From a virus (taxonomy: Duplodnaviria > Heunggongvirae > Uroviricota > Caudoviricetes): a stretch of DNA of 64,000 bases. The stretch lies in the IMG/VR virus record IMGVR_UViG_3300028888_001839, positions 57,001 through 121,000 of that record; one strand, written 5' to 3'. A program made the position numbers and the translations under genes. The first letter of the stretch is position 1, and each line of letters opens with the position of its first letter. The notes beneath the pieces are model-generated. The model did no database searches, was not told the DNA's origin, and worked only from the letters and a program-made list of their open reading frames with translations. Shown piece by piece: positions 19,473 through 29,977 of the stretch.

Positions 19473-21383
19473 ATGGACAATGAATCTATACTGAGCAGGC
19501 TCACCGATTTTCTCCTAAATGAACCGTCAGGTGACTTTCACCTTGCAGAAGACTTCTATCGGCTCACAAGGGACAATGGGCTAAGCGAATACGACATCAC
19601 AAAAATAGCAGACATCGCTAACGGTTTCGATGAGACTGGCAAGTTGGCTATCATCTACCTGTCCCATCTGTGCCGAGAACAGATTAAAGAAACGGTTGTC
19701 CCTGTCTCTGCAGTCATTTCAGATTCTGTGGCTCTTGACAGATATAGAGAATGTCTTGGAATCGTCAACTCGGAGCAGGTAAAGGGCTATCGGTCGGAAC
19801 TGGTTGGGCTGCTTGCCGGTGCGATAAACGTCCTTTCAAAGCAAAAGGCAATTGGCGAGGCTACGGACATTGATGCTGCCCTCGATAAAGCGCTTGAAGC
19901 GGTATTCTGTGGATTCCCGAAGCTCACATTCGAAGTGTATGCAAACTCGGGGCTCTCTGTTGGGAAGTTGGATTATACGGTAAAATCCGTGCAGGTATGT
20001 GACTCGCTTGCCGAATGCCTCATTCGACTTGAGAAGTCAAAAGACGGAATCTATATCTGCTTCATTACAAACCCCGGCACGCTTGACGGATGGTTCGGGT
20101 TCTTCGTCAAGTCGAACGGCAACCTCTTCTCCTACAATGAGCGAATCGACGAGGTTTATGCCGGGCAGCATAGCCATATGAGGAGCGGCCGCTATGTAGA
20201 AGACCGTAAGGCATACGACCTGTTCCCTTATGCCTTGTGCGAGTTTAGCAAGGAGACTGACTACAAGGGGTATTCAACCGAATTCAGAATGGGGGAAAAC
20301 AGAGACCTGTTCGACGACAAGAACATGGAACTGGCTATAAGGACGTTCCTATCAATTGCCCTCATCGCACAGAAACACATGGGGCACAATGTAAGCGGAG
20401 AGACCGTAGTCGTGAACTCCCTTTTACCGATGAACCTTGCTCAACTCGAGAACAAAGAAGCGAAGTCAACAGCGATAGTGTCATGGCAGCATTCTCCAAT
20501 CGTTTCCGCCACGGCTAACTTCCAACTCCCGCGATTTGAGGCCAACAAGGTTGTCAGCGGAGGGTACGACAAGGAATTTGACGGTACGGATACTGGTGAA
20601 TACGGGGTGTTCAGCGGAATCAACCAGGACATTCTGGATGCTTACGGAGACGGCTTTAGCATTAACTATTCAAAGGTTCTTGCAAGCAGAAGTTCTCTAA
20701 GGCTCATAGGGAACGGGCATTGCGAGCAGGAATTCATCGGCTCGCCCAAAAGGATGAGGCTTCAGGCCTATTATGAGGTCCGAAAGCAGTTGGCAAAATT
20801 CGTCTACCGTAAAATAACAAAAGAGTATTCCGATTTTGGCGGCAAGGAAGGTCTTCTGAAGTGGTATCGAGAGCGCCTTGAAGAACGAAGGAAGGAGATT
20901 TACGCCCTATGCACCGCAGCCTACAATCAGACAGACGGAAAAGAGGGGCATGCTTACTTTGGTTCGCCAGAGAGGCAGGAGAACTGTTGCTGCGAAATTT
21001 TTGCACATGAGACGCCCTCGATGAGCATTCTGGTTGGGAAAGCGAAATATCTTCACAGAATGTCTTTGTCCGAATTCAAAGAAGGCAAGGCAATCTGCCC
21101 CATTACTGGCGAAAAGGCATCTTGGAGTTTCACCTTCTGCTTTGAAACCTACAAGCAGGTACAGGAGTTCCTGAAATGCGAACTCCCGAAGTTCTGCACT
21201 GGATGGCGTACAAACAACCTGTACAACGGGAATCCAATATTGGACGTGACAGACCCGATTGGAGACCTAGTACACCCAATGTCTGAGATGCGAGTGCCTT
21301 TCAACTTCGCAGTGGATTTAAGCAAGAGGGGGCTGAAAGGGCTTTTGAAAGAGAAAGGGAATCATGGGCAAGGCAGGATTTGA
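19473..21383 (+). CDS. Large hypothetical protein
   Basis: 636-aa ORF; no family recognised. Confidence 0.8.
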   Translation: MDNESILSRLTDFLLNEPSGDFHLAEDFYRLTRDNGLSEYDITKIADIANGFDETGKLAIIYLSHLCREQIKETVVPVSAVISDSVALDRYRECLGIVNSEQVKGYRSELVGLLAGAINVLSKQKAIGEATDIDAALDKALEAVFCGFPKLTFEVYANSGLSVGKLDYTVKSVQVCDSLAECLIRLEKSKDGIYICFITNPGTLDGWFGFFVKSNGNLFSYNERIDEVYAGQHSHMRSGRYVEDRKAYDLFPYALCEFSKETDYKGYSTEFRMGENRDLFDDKNMELAIRTFLSIALIAQKHMGHNVSGETVVVNSLLPMNLAQLENKEAKSTAIVSWQHSPIVSATANFQLPRFEANKVVSGGYDKEFDGTDTGEYGVFSGINQDILDAYGDGFSINYSKVLASRSSLRLIGNGHCEQEFIGSPKRMRLQAYYEVRKQLAKFVYRKITKEYSDFGGKEGLLKWYRERLEERRKEIYALCTAAYNQTDGKEGHAYFGSPERQENCCCEIFAHETPSMSILVGKAKYLHRMSLSEFKEGKAICPITGEKASWSFTFCFETYKQVQEFLKCELPKFCTGWRTNNLYNGNPILDVTDPIGDLVHPMSEMRVPFNFAVDLSKRGLKGLLKEKGNHGQGRI

Positions 21384-21432
21384 GCGGAACAGTAACGATG
21401 ATGACGATTTGCCTTTTTAATCCTACCCCCTC

Positions 21433-21462
21433 TTGAAAGCCACAAGCACCCTATGCTATACT
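21433..21462 (+). promoter_or_regulatory. Promoter for probable leaderless mRNA
   Basis: TTGAAA-18-TATACT; ATG at 21469, no SD. Confidence 0.7.
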
Positions 21463-21468
21463 ATCTCC

Positions 21469-22338
21469 ATGGAAGAACTTATACCAATACGGACTATCAA
21501 GGCTAACTTTGGCGAACCGATTCGCCTAACCTGCCCCAGGGCAGAAGAATTCCTCCTGCGCACGATGAATGAAGTGACAGAGGTGGAGGACAACCCATAC
21601 GATGCCTACATGGCGGAATCACTGTTCTGGGAATCTTCCATAACCCCAGAACAGCGCAAGAAATTCGATGAACTATCCGACAAGAAGGATGCCGCAGAGA
21701 GAGCATACGACCCGAAGAAGCACAAGGACGATACTCCAGAAGCACAAGCATTCTTCAAGGCGGACGATGAACTAGAGAGGTTCATAGAATCTACTGGAAA
21801 GCACCTATGCTTTCGTTGCTCCTACTATGAGACAAAGGAGATAGATAGTGGACGGCTTGCGGCAAAATGCACAAGAAGAAGCTCTGGACAAGGAGTCCGC
21901 CCCTACACCCTAGCCTGCGGACACTTCACGACTGGGGTAACGCCTTATGTCCTTCAAGCTGAGAAAGAGTATGCGGAAGTCTGTAGGAAGAACCCAGGCT
22001 TTGCCGATTTCGTGAGGAAGCACCAGAGGGAAGATGCCGCAAAGAGATTTGCGGAATACATCAAGAACTCGCCATCTACGGCTTTCTACCTCTACCAAGG
22101 AGCGCCAGATTACCACGAGAAGTTCTACAAGAACTTCCCCCTAATCATGGCAGAGACGCAGTACCCCTCTCTCCCCCTCTTCCTAGAGGCTTACAAGAGG
22201 TGGGAGAAGGATGCTATAATCAAGAGGGAAAGAGCGGATGACGGCACGACAAACATAACCATATCTGTCTCCGATAGGGAATTTTGCCCTAGTGACACAC
22301 CACCCCCACCAACTAGTGAGGAGACTAGTGATAATTAA
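21469..22338 (+). CDS. Hypothetical protein with Cys cluster
   Basis: MEELIPIR start; CFRC...C...CGHF. Confidence 0.7.
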   Translation: MEELIPIRTIKANFGEPIRLTCPRAEEFLLRTMNEVTEVEDNPYDAYMAESLFWESSITPEQRKKFDELSDKKDAAERAYDPKKHKDDTPEAQAFFKADDELERFIESTGKHLCFRCSYYETKEIDSGRLAAKCTRRSSGQGVRPYTLACGHFTTGVTPYVLQAEKEYAEVCRKNPGFADFVRKHQREDAAKRFAEYIKNSPSTAFYLYQGAPDYHEKFYKNFPLIMAETQYPSLPLFLEAYKRWEKDAIIKRERADDGTTNITISVSDREFCPSDTPPPPTSEETSDN

Positions 22339-22379
22339 AACTTTACCACTCTTGACCTATTCAAAAAGGAAACTACACG

Positions 22380-23072
22380 ATGGCAAAAAAACCGCAGAAA
22401 CTGGACACTTCAACCCTTTCCGAACTACTGGTCAAGGAGTGGGCAGACCACTACCCCCCTGAAACCATCGGCACCCTCAATGCGAAAGCGCAAGCCCTCA
22501 CCTACACCATCACAAGCACACAAGAGGACTTCACGAAACTCTCCCTAGCAAAGAGTAGATTAGGCGACCTAACCTCGTTGCTGCCCCCTATCATCACCTC
22601 TCTGGATGGAGCATTGAAGAAGCGCCAAGACTTCCTAGCCGCCTACGGAGACCTAGGGGCTACCATCAAAATACCCTATGAGACGATGGATGCCACTCTC
22701 CGCTCCTACACGGATGCCCTAGCCGACTATGCCCTGCAGGTTACTGAACGATACTTCAAGAACCTAAAAGATGTAGAGCGGACATTACACTATCTAACCC
22801 ACCTCCGAGACCTCTATCGGGACATTGCCGCCATCGCCGCTGTCATTCGGATGGACTTCCTCAAGACCCCGGAAGACCGCCGCAAGCCTATCGTGCGGGA
22901 ACTCTATAGGCTCTTCAAGGCGGTGGCCGACAACCTCGTTTTCACTGGGCTAGACCCGAACATCGAGAATCCGCTTATCCCCTCCAAGATTGATGCGGAG
23001 GAATTCAAGTCTCTCTGCAATGTCCGTAGGGAGGCACAGAAGTTTGCGGATATCCTTAAGGCTTCACGTTGA
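22380..23072 (+). CDS. Hypothetical helical protein
   Basis: 230-aa ORF with SD. Confidence 0.75.
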   Translation: MAKKPQKLDTSTLSELLVKEWADHYPPETIGTLNAKAQALTYTITSTQEDFTKLSLAKSRLGDLTSLLPPIITSLDGALKKRQDFLAAYGDLGATIKIPYETMDATLRSYTDALADYALQVTERYFKNLKDVERTLHYLTHLRDLYRDIAAIAAVIRMDFLKTPEDRRKPIVRELYRLFKAVADNLVFTGLDPNIENPLIPSKIDAEEFKSLCNVRREAQKFADILKASR

Positions 23073-23095
23073 CCAAAAAAGGAGAATACTATATA

Positions 23096-23356
23096 ATGAA
23101 CTTCTTTCATGCCGTAAATGCCTCTGGATGCGATACATTCATCAGAGTGGATGATATTGTCTCTATTGTGCACAACGATGCCAAAGACCATGTCCTTGTT
23201 GGGATGAGGAATGGAGAACAATATGGGTTTAGCGGAGATACTATTAGAAGTATATACAATGAGGCTTTCCCAAGCAGGGCAACTAGCATGGAAGGCAAAA
23301 ACCTTGCGGTACAGTTGTCTAAGATACTTACAATGTTAGACAAGTGGGTTAAATAG
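23096..23356 (+). CDS. Hypothetical protein
   Basis: AAGGAG SD; ends TAG TAG TAG. Confidence 0.6.
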   Translation: MNFFHAVNASGCDTFIRVDDIVSIVHNDAKDHVLVGMRNGEQYGFSGDTIRSIYNEAFPSRATSMEGKNLAVQLSKILTMLDKWVK

Positions 23357-23375
23357 TAGTAGGAGACTACCACCT

Positions 23376-23624
23376 ATGATGCACAGAGTCATTCCGTCGA
23401 GGCCCATTCAAAAGGATGAGGGCTACCCGTTCGTCCAGATGCTAGGCAACCGCCTAAATGACATAGAAAAATGCCTAAACCAAATCATCAAGGAACTAGG
23501 CAATACGGTATTGTCCCCCGCTTCTATCAAAATGTCGGCTATCGCTGGACTAACCGCCCTCTCCGCCGCAAGGGACTTCCTGCCCGTCCTCACAATTAAG
23601 AACAACAAGGAGACTTCTAAATGA
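23376..23624 (+). CDS. Hypothetical protein
   Basis: AGGAG SD. Confidence 0.6.
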   Translation: MMHRVIPSRPIQKDEGYPFVQMLGNRLNDIEKCLNQIIKELGNTVLSPASIKMSAIAGLTALSAARDFLPVLTIKNNKETSK

Positions 23625-24043
23625 AAATTAAGAAATACCTTCCGCAAATCATAGTAATTATCATGGGGATTAGCATATTCATGATAACTCTCTCTGTTGT
23701 CATTTTTGGAATCCCGAAAACAGACAACTGCGTACTCTGCGGAAATCCCATATGCCATACCCCCTCCAAAGTTGACCCCAACGGCTGGATAGCGGAAAAC
23801 GGCGGAGGCGGCACCCCCTCACAAGCCTACCCCCTACTTACCACCAACCTCCTAGCCCAGATTGAACAGCGCCTAGATGCCCTAGACTCCGATGTGAACG
23901 AAATCAAGGATATCACTGGTGACGGCAGCCTCTTTGAAATCTATCTTGAACTGGGTAGGGGCATAGACCGCAACGGACACCGCATAGATGCCATCTTAAA
24001 CCGCCTAGAACGCCTCGAGCACCGTACCCCTCCTAGCCCCTAG
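23621..24043 (+). CDS. Membrane-anchored coiled-coil protein
   Basis: N-terminal TM helix, CxxCxxxxC, heptads. Confidence 0.65.
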   Translation: MKIKKYLPQIIVIIMGISIFMITLSVVIFGIPKTDNCVLCGNPICHTPSKVDPNGWIAENGGGGTPSQAYPLLTTNLLAQIEQRLDALDSDVNEIKDITGDGSLFEIYLELGRGIDRNGHRIDAILNRLERLEHRTPPSP

Positions 24044-24086
24044 GCATTGTGTAGAAGCCTAGCACAGCAAGAGGAGCACCCCTAAA

Positions 24087-24254
24087 ATGAGAAAGCGCAA
24101 GTCTACTCCCTCCGAAAGAATCGTCAAAGCCTTTCTCGTTACCCTTCTGGCGGTTATAGCTTACCAAATTGCAGGCTGCACGGCTCATCTCTACTACCAA
24201 AAAACCTATCCAATCCACAATAGCCCCATACCTACCGAGGAACCTAAAAAATGA
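24087..24254 (+). CDS. Small membrane protein
   Basis: MRKRK...FLVTLLAVIAYQIAGC; ATGA-coupled to next gene. Confidence 0.55.
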   Translation: MRKRKSTPSERIVKAFLVTLLAVIAYQIAGCTAHLYYQKTYPIHNSPIPTEEPKK

Positions 24255-24658
24255 AACTGAAAGACTCATTACGTAGCACTCTTTCTCATCTGGACGAACT
24301 CTTTTGCACCGCTCTTGTCTTGGGAATCTGCGGAGTGCTCCTATCGCTCTGTCTCCCATCAAAAGAGCAGATGATGAAGAAGTACGACTGCCCTCCACCC
24401 TCCTATGAAATCATGGTGAACAACATAGCGGAACTTAAAGTCCGCTTGTCCGAGATAGAATCCGCCATCACAAACGGCACCAGCGACATCAGCCTCTATG
24501 CCCAGCTCGTCTCCACCAATCTAGTCCGAAAACCATGCACCTGCGGCTACTGCCGCCCCTCCGAAGGTATCGCCGTCCCGGAACACGTCAATGCCCTCGG
24601 TTACGACACCGTTCTGCAAGTCTCTACAAACTACCTGCCCATCGTCAGGAAACCCTAA
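24251..24658 (+). CDS. Membrane-anchored protein
   Basis: Hydrophobic N-region, short coiled coil, CTCGYC. Confidence 0.6.
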   Translation: MKLKDSLRSTLSHLDELFCTALVLGICGVLLSLCLPSKEQMMKKYDCPPPSYEIMVNNIAELKVRLSEIESAITNGTSDISLYAQLVSTNLVRKPCTCGYCRPSEGIAVPEHVNALGYDTVLQVSTNYLPIVRKP

Positions 24659-24717
24659 TGTTCCAGCCGAACTCAAGCCGTTTTGAAAACTCACAAACCA
24701 AGTAAAGGAACACCAAA

Positions 24718-25059
24718 ATGGTAACAAGCGCAAGCGAACCCAATCCTCCCACTCCGCCCATGAAGGAGACCGCCGTCACCAACAATGCAAACATGGCTGA
24801 ACTTCAAGCCTTGAGCGAGGAGGAGAACGCTATCTACAAGGAAAACATGGTTGAACTCTATGTCATGACATTCCCAGACGACGAAGCAGACGTTGCAATT
24901 CAGAAAATCTGCTTTGACAAGTCGAAAACTCCATTCCTGCTCATGTCAAAAGACCGTCCAGACGCAGGATGCCTCGGCCCGTGCCTCATCAATGTAATGG
25001 GGCAGACTTTCTATGTCAACAACACCTATGCCGAAGTAAGGAAAATCCTCTTCGGATAA
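24718..25059 (+). CDS. Hypothetical protein
   Basis: AAGGA SD. Confidence 0.65.
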   Translation: MVTSASEPNPPTPPMKETAVTNNANMAELQALSEEENAIYKENMVELYVMTFPDDEADVAIQKICFDKSKTPFLLMSKDRPDAGCLGPCLINVMGQTFYVNNTYAEVRKILFG

Positions 25060-25178
25060 GCCTCTCATTCCTCCTCTATATTATATACTAATACTCTCAA
25101 TAGTATAATAGAGGGGATTGTTAAGGGGGGACTAAAAATCCCCACTAAAACTTTTTTATACTTTTCCCCATTACCCCC

Positions 25179-25207
25179 TTGCAACCCGACCGAACCTTTG
25201 CTATACT
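25179..25207 (+). promoter_or_regulatory. Cassette promoter
   Basis: TTGCAA-17-TATACT followed by atgcgccgtcaa and AAGGAC leader. Confidence 0.85.
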
Positions 25208-25272
25208 ATGCGCCGTCAACGACAAACAAGGACAAGACAAACAACAACAAAACCCGAAAGGAAACCTAGCCC

Positions 25273-26640
25273 ATGACTCCCGAAACCGCCCCCCTCTCCC
25301 ACTCCCTCTACCTCGCGGACTTCACCCAGACACTCTGGGTCTCCAAGAAGGATACCTTCATCAAGAAGATGAAGCACCTCAACCGTATTCTCGCCAAGCA
25401 CGGCAAGCCCCCGATTTCCTACTCCTTCTCCAACGTCCGCTCCGTCCCCGTCACCTTTGAATATCACCTTAAGGGCGATGCTTTCCGCAACGACGAAATC
25501 GAGGAACGTCTCGTAGAAGTCTGCGACGTCCACTGCAAGGGTCTTACCACCATCAAGAAGGACGATGTTGAATACACCTATCTCGGCACCGTCTCCTTCG
25601 AGGACGGCGTAAAGCAGATTTTCTGCAACAACGAAGCCTATGCCAACTACTTCATGGACGATTTCCGCCCCAACTTCTGCGACCACTGCCACACTACCCG
25701 CACAAACCGCAAGGCCTACTACCTCTTCCGCAACACCCGCACAAACGAAATCCTCCAAATCGGCTCCACCTGCGCCAAGGAATACTTCGGCATAGATTCT
25801 GCCGCTTTCCTGCAGACCTACGGCAACACCTTCATCACCCTCCGCGACGGCACCGAAGAGGAACTTGGCGGCTTCAAGGACAATTCCCTCTGCTACGGAA
25901 TTTCCACCCTCATTCCCGTCGTATCCCTCTGCACCAACGGCTTCCTCAAGTGGAACAAGAAGGACGGCTATGGCTCTTTCTTCGACCCCTCCTGCCCCAT
26001 TTACGAACTTCCTACCACCGAAGCCGTCGAATCCGTCCTCACCTCTTGGGAAACCCTCCACCCCATTACCACCTCCAACGGCGACCGCAACAATGCCAAC
26101 CTCCTCTCCGAAGAAGAAATCGTCTCCTTCTGGCAAGCCAAGTACGACAAGGAGCGCTCTTCCTTCGCCTACAATTGCCTCCAGGCCGTCCAGGCGGGCT
26201 ACACCACCCGCCGCTCCCTCGGCTCCTTCTCCTATGCGATTTTCGCCGCCTACAACGCAAAGGTGAAATCCCTCCGCAACGCCGAGACCGCCAAGTCCCT
26301 CACCATCGTCCCCTGTGCCTACCCCGTCAACTCCCGCCAGACCCTCACGGGCGTCATTACCAACATTCGCACTATCCAGGACGAAGCCTGCTACGACGGC
26401 TACCACTATGTCTCCGTCACCAAGTACATTGTGGACTTCACCGACTCCAACGGCACCTTCTATCACTTCACGACTTCCTCCGAATCCTTCCGCATTCTCC
26501 ACAACAACGACCGTATCTCTCTCCGTGCCACCATCGGGGAAACCAAGCCCTTCAAGGGTATCCCATATACTCATCTTTCTCGTCCCATCGCCGCTCTCAT
26601 CGAAGCTTTCAAGGACTCCCAGGAGAAGCAATCCGCATAA
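25273..26640 (+). CDS. Phage protein with Zn-finger and probable C-terminal OB-fold
   Basis: CDHC...IGSTC motif; beta-rich C-terminus; extreme C-ending codon bias. Confidence 0.8.
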   Translation: MTPETAPLSHSLYLADFTQTLWVSKKDTFIKKMKHLNRILAKHGKPPISYSFSNVRSVPVTFEYHLKGDAFRNDEIEERLVEVCDVHCKGLTTIKKDDVEYTYLGTVSFEDGVKQIFCNNEAYANYFMDDFRPNFCDHCHTTRTNRKAYYLFRNTRTNEILQIGSTCAKEYFGIDSAAFLQTYGNTFITLRDGTEEELGGFKDNSLCYGISTLIPVVSLCTNGFLKWNKKDGYGSFFDPSCPIYELPTTEAVESVLTSWETLHPITTSNGDRNNANLLSEEEIVSFWQAKYDKERSSFAYNCLQAVQAGYTTRRSLGSFSYAIFAAYNAKVKSLRNAETAKSLTIVPCAYPVNSRQTLTGVITNIRTIQDEACYDGYHYVSVTKYIVDFTDSNGTFYHFTTSSESFRILHNNDRISLRATIGETKPFKGIPYTHLSRPIAALIEAFKDSQEKQSA

Positions 26641-26669
26641 CTCCTCCTCTCCCCATTCTAACCCAACCT

Positions 26670-26716
26670 TCCCCCTTTCCCTACACCTCACGGAGAAAGG
26701 GGGATTTTCTTATTTT
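26670..26716 (+). terminator. Intrinsic terminator
   Basis: tcccccttt/aaaggggga stem followed by T-rich tail. Confidence 0.65.
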
Positions 26717-26719
26717 CTC

Positions 26720-27335
26720 TCTCCTCCCCCCCTTCCCCTCACGCGCGCCCGCACACGTGTATATTAATATTATCTCTTATACTCTTATTACTATACTACT
26801 CTCCTATACATACTATACATACTACTTATTATTATTATTATTATTACTCTAGTCACCATACTCATATTATATTATCATACTACATATCTACATACATACA
26901 TAGTAGTATTATTATTACTCATACTCATACTCATACTTATAATACTCTTACTATTACTATTACTATTACTATCCCTATATTCCCACATAGTAATATTATT
27001 ATTATTATTATAATTATTAGACCCCTATTATATCCCCCACTCCAATTCTTTCTTTCTCTCTCTCTCTCTCTCTCAATGATGGATGCTCCCCAATCTAATG
27101 ATTGCTCTCCTTGCTCTCCACCCTCCCGAATGATTCCCCCTCCCCTCCTTTCGGCTTGCTTGCTCCTGCACCTCTAAAATCACTCCCCCCTACGAATCAT
27201 CGCAGCACAACAAAGCAACATACCCTCATAGCCGCTCTCCCTCTCCATTCCCTTTCGTCTCACCCCTCCCTTCACCCTCATTCCACACTCACAATATATT
27301 CCTACTCTTTATTATAGTTTTAATAAATAATATCT
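26720..27335. other. AT-rich, G-poor low-complexity non-coding region at a compositional skew switch (putative origin or genome end)
   Basis: (TAT)n/(TAC)n and (CT)n tracts; C-rich upstream, G-rich downstream. Confidence 0.55.
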
Positions 27336-27425
27336 TATAGGAAAGGGGGAAAGAGGGCGGCATGGCTTGCGATAGGGCGGCGGCTCTGTGTCATCGCCTC
27401 GCGTATGTGCACACGAAGACCCAAA

Positions 27426-27959
27426 ATGAACAGCAAAGAACGCTTCATAGAAACCGAAGAGGATAGTAGCCTTCCAAATGAGAACGGCCTGTTTGTCGCA
27501 GGCATATTTGGCGATACGGATGCTAGGGCTATTGCAGATAGAGAGAGACGGGCAATCACATTTCGGGAGAAGTACGACTATCGGGAGATTACGACTTGTC
27601 CCCATTGCTGCCATTGCTTAGAGTTTCGGAAGTTCTCTCCAAGCGGTGAAGCCATCACGGTCGGGCGATTCTGCTTTGTTGGAGAGTTGCCGATTTCTGA
27701 GCATGGGACTTGCAAGAGCGCATATCCTCGGAGACATGGGCGAAAGAGGATTGTCTACGATACCACGAATGCCCCCGCTGGATTTGAGCAAGGCATGGCT
27801 CCTGTCACGATGAGGCGATTCTATAACAAGCGGGAACAGTTCAAGGCTGCGAGGGAAGAGTCTCGGGGCTATCGAGGCGGCTCGTCATCCTACCAAAGGG
27901 CTGACGGGAACAAGGAAGCGGTCGGAAGCGGACAGATACCGAAAGGGCTGGTGAGTTAG
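27426..27959 (+). CDS. Hypothetical Cys-containing protein
   Basis: CPHCCHC...C...C. Confidence 0.7.
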   Translation: MNSKERFIETEEDSSLPNENGLFVAGIFGDTDARAIADRERRAITFREKYDYREITTCPHCCHCLEFRKFSPSGEAITVGRFCFVGELPISEHGTCKSAYPRRHGRKRIVYDTTNAPAGFEQGMAPVTMRRFYNKREQFKAAREESRGYRGGSSSYQRADGNKEAVGSGQIPKGLVS

Positions 27960-28133
27960 ATGGGCTGGATAATCGGGATAGGGTGCATCTTGGGAGTGAT
28001 AGCATTCGTGTGGCTAGTCGTGTACTGGCTGAATCGGGACATGTGGGATGATATATGCGGTCTCGGAGATTTCATCGACATTGAAGATGAGAAGGATGAG
28101 ACGAGCGACATAGACGAGGGCAGGACGGCATGA
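27960..28133 (+). CDS. Small membrane protein
   Basis: MGWIIGIGCILGVIAFVWLVVYWL; acidic tail. Confidence 0.55.
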   Translation: MGWIIGIGCILGVIAFVWLVVYWLNRDMWDDICGLGDFIDIEDEKDETSDIDEGRTA

Positions 28134-28606
28134 CGGAAGAGGCGGCACCATCCAAGAAGCCGTTGTGGAGGGAGACGGGCGGAGAGAAGCGAGTCCTTGA
28201 GGCGAGGGCGGCGAAGGAGGCGCTTGTACGGAGGCTTACGGAAGGGCTAGCGAAGTGTCCCGTGTGCAAGGGGGCTGCGAAGATTGTTTTGTTTGGGCTA
28301 AGAGGGAACGGAGTCTGGGTCGGATGCGACAAGACGGAAGAGTGCAGCAGGTACATTGAGAGACATTTGGAGGGATGGAGCATAGAGGACACGGTAGCGG
28401 ACTGGAATCGGCGGAATAAAGGGTGGCGGAAATGGGCAAGAGGGGCGAAGAGATGGTATCGGGTGAGGTTTGGGGCGGAAGAGCGAGCGAAAAAGAGGGT
28501 TTTGAGGGAATTAAAAGCCAAAAAAGAGGAAGAATTGGCGAAAAGAAGGGCTAGATTTGGTATTTTGCCGCCTAAAAAGGCTAAAAAGTGGTGGAAGTTC
28601 TGGTAA
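28130..28606 (+). CDS. Lar-family (restriction alleviation)-like zinc-ribbon protein
   Basis: LAKCPVCKGAA...WVGC...C...DWNRR signature. Confidence 0.6.
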   Translation: MTEEAAPSKKPLWRETGGEKRVLEARAAKEALVRRLTEGLAKCPVCKGAAKIVLFGLRGNGVWVGCDKTEECSRYIERHLEGWSIEDTVADWNRRNKGWRKWARGAKRWYRVRFGAEERAKKRVLRELKAKKEEELAKRRARFGILPPKKAKKWWKFW

Positions 28607-28659
28607 TGTGGGCAATATTTATGCTAGAACGATGATTTCGAGAGCGAAGGAGAGAAGCC

Positions 28660-29367
28660 ATGAACGTTATATTGCCTAGGATAAATCCGCATGGGGGAGG
28701 AGAGAGACGGATAGTGCCGCCGAATGGGGGCAATCATCCTATGGGAATGGCGAGAGGAGTTCATTCGGTGCTGCCGAGGCTGGGCGGAGGAGTGCCGGCA
28801 AAGGTCGTTCTGGCGAATGCGGGGATAAAGAGGGGGCCGCTTGTGCGGGTAAAAGCTTGGGATGCGGCGGCGGAGAAGAAGGGGATTGAGGAAGCGGCCA
28901 AGCGGAGGGCGGCGAAAGAGGCGGAAGAAAAGAGACGGGCGGAAGCGAGGGCAAAGGTTCCTGGGGTGAAACTGGTAGAGAAGCCGAAGGAGAAGGTAGA
29001 GTGGGTGGCGAAGGGGCTGACCGCCAAGGAAGAGCGGCTGACGGATTTGCTGGAAGCGGCACAGGAAATGAAGCCGCTGGCGGACGAGGTGATAGACGAC
29101 GTGGCGGAAGAGCAGGCGAATGCCACGGAGCCATACGACGATCCAGAGTATATGACGGAGCAGGTTGTTGAAGAGAAGCCGATGCCGCAGCCAGAGCCGT
29201 TGCAGGAGGAGATTGTGGATCGGGCGGCGGTCATCCCCGAAGCCAAAGCCGAAGCGGACGAGGAAAAGCCAGCGGTGTCGGTAGAGCAGCCGAGGAAGAA
29301 GAGGCGGGGACGGAAAGGGAAGAGGGCTAGAGCGGCTATGACGGCGGCGGAACAGGAATTGCTGTAA
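28660..29367 (+). CDS. Low-complexity charged protein
   Basis: AAGGAG SD; 235 aa. Confidence 0.7.
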   Translation: MNVILPRINPHGGGERRIVPPNGGNHPMGMARGVHSVLPRLGGGVPAKVVLANAGIKRGPLVRVKAWDAAAEKKGIEEAAKRRAAKEAEEKRRAEARAKVPGVKLVEKPKEKVEWVAKGLTAKEERLTDLLEAAQEMKPLADEVIDDVAEEQANATEPYDDPEYMTEQVVEEKPMPQPEPLQEEIVDRAAVIPEAKAEADEEKPAVSVEQPRKKRRGRKGKRARAAMTAAEQELL

Positions 29368-29368
29368 G

Positions 29369-29746
29369 ATGGATGGGACGGAGACAGGTTCGGAGAAGCC
29401 GATAAGCCGACGGGCGGTGTTCGTTGCGGTGTGGGGGATGTTCTTCGCCATATTCTGGGCGATAGTCCTCTTGTTCGGGGGAGGGTGCTACAACATAGCG
29501 GTGAGGTCGCAGAGCGGAAAGAGGAGTCCGTATTTCCTGCAGCCTCATCCCTACTATTCGACGGCACAGGTGTGGGACGATTGCATATGTGCTCCTGCAC
29601 ATCTCAATGGCGGTACTGATGCGATATGGTCGGCGGTGGCAACGGTGACGTGGCCGCTATGGGTTGTTGACGAGGCATGCGAAGTTGTGCTCGATACGAT
29701 ATTTCTCCCCTTTGATGCGACGTATTACTGTTGCAAGGGCGAGTAA
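29369..29746 (+). CDS. YceK/YidQ (DUF1375)-like lipoprotein
   Basis: Hydrophobic N-region, GGGC lipobox-like, ...VLDTIFLPFD. Confidence 0.55.
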   Translation: MDGTETGSEKPISRRAVFVAVWGMFFAIFWAIVLLFGGGCYNIAVRSQSGKRSPYFLQPHPYYSTAQVWDDCICAPAHLNGGTDAIWSAVATVTWPLWVVDEACEVVLDTIFLPFDATYYCCKGE

Positions 29747-29764
29747 GAAAGAAGAGATTAGAAG

Positions 29765-29920
29765 ATGCTTGATGCGATATGCGGAGATGGAGAGGGTGCG
29801 AACCCGATGGTGCTGGCGGTGATTGCGATAGCGATTGCGGTCTTGATGTTCGGAGGGTGCGCGAGCGGCGGATGCGACAACTGCTGCACGAGAGATGCGG
29901 CAGCGGAAACGGCAAAGTAG
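29765..29920 (+). CDS. Small Cys-rich lipoprotein-like peptide
   Basis: VLAVIAIAIAVLMFGGC...GCDNCC. Confidence 0.5.
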   Translation: MLDAICGDGEGANPMVLAVIAIAIAVLMFGGCASGGCDNCCTRDAAAETAK

Positions 29921-29977
29921 GATTTCGGGTCGGCGGATGAGGGGCTATCATCCCCGGCGGAACGAGAAAGGCGACAG

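Noticed and set aside
23621-24658. Holin/spanin lysis cassette
   Set aside because: Membrane proteins are present but with no adjacent endolysin and no clear o-spanin lipobox
25216-26691. 491-aa minus-strand ORF (also 32909-33973, 39006-39890, 44290-45465)
   Set aside because: Antisense shadows of + strand genes caused by biased codon usage; no expression signals or motifs
27359-27370. Sigma54 promoter (GGCA...TTGC)
   Set aside because: GG-to-GC spacing is 8 nt, not the required 10
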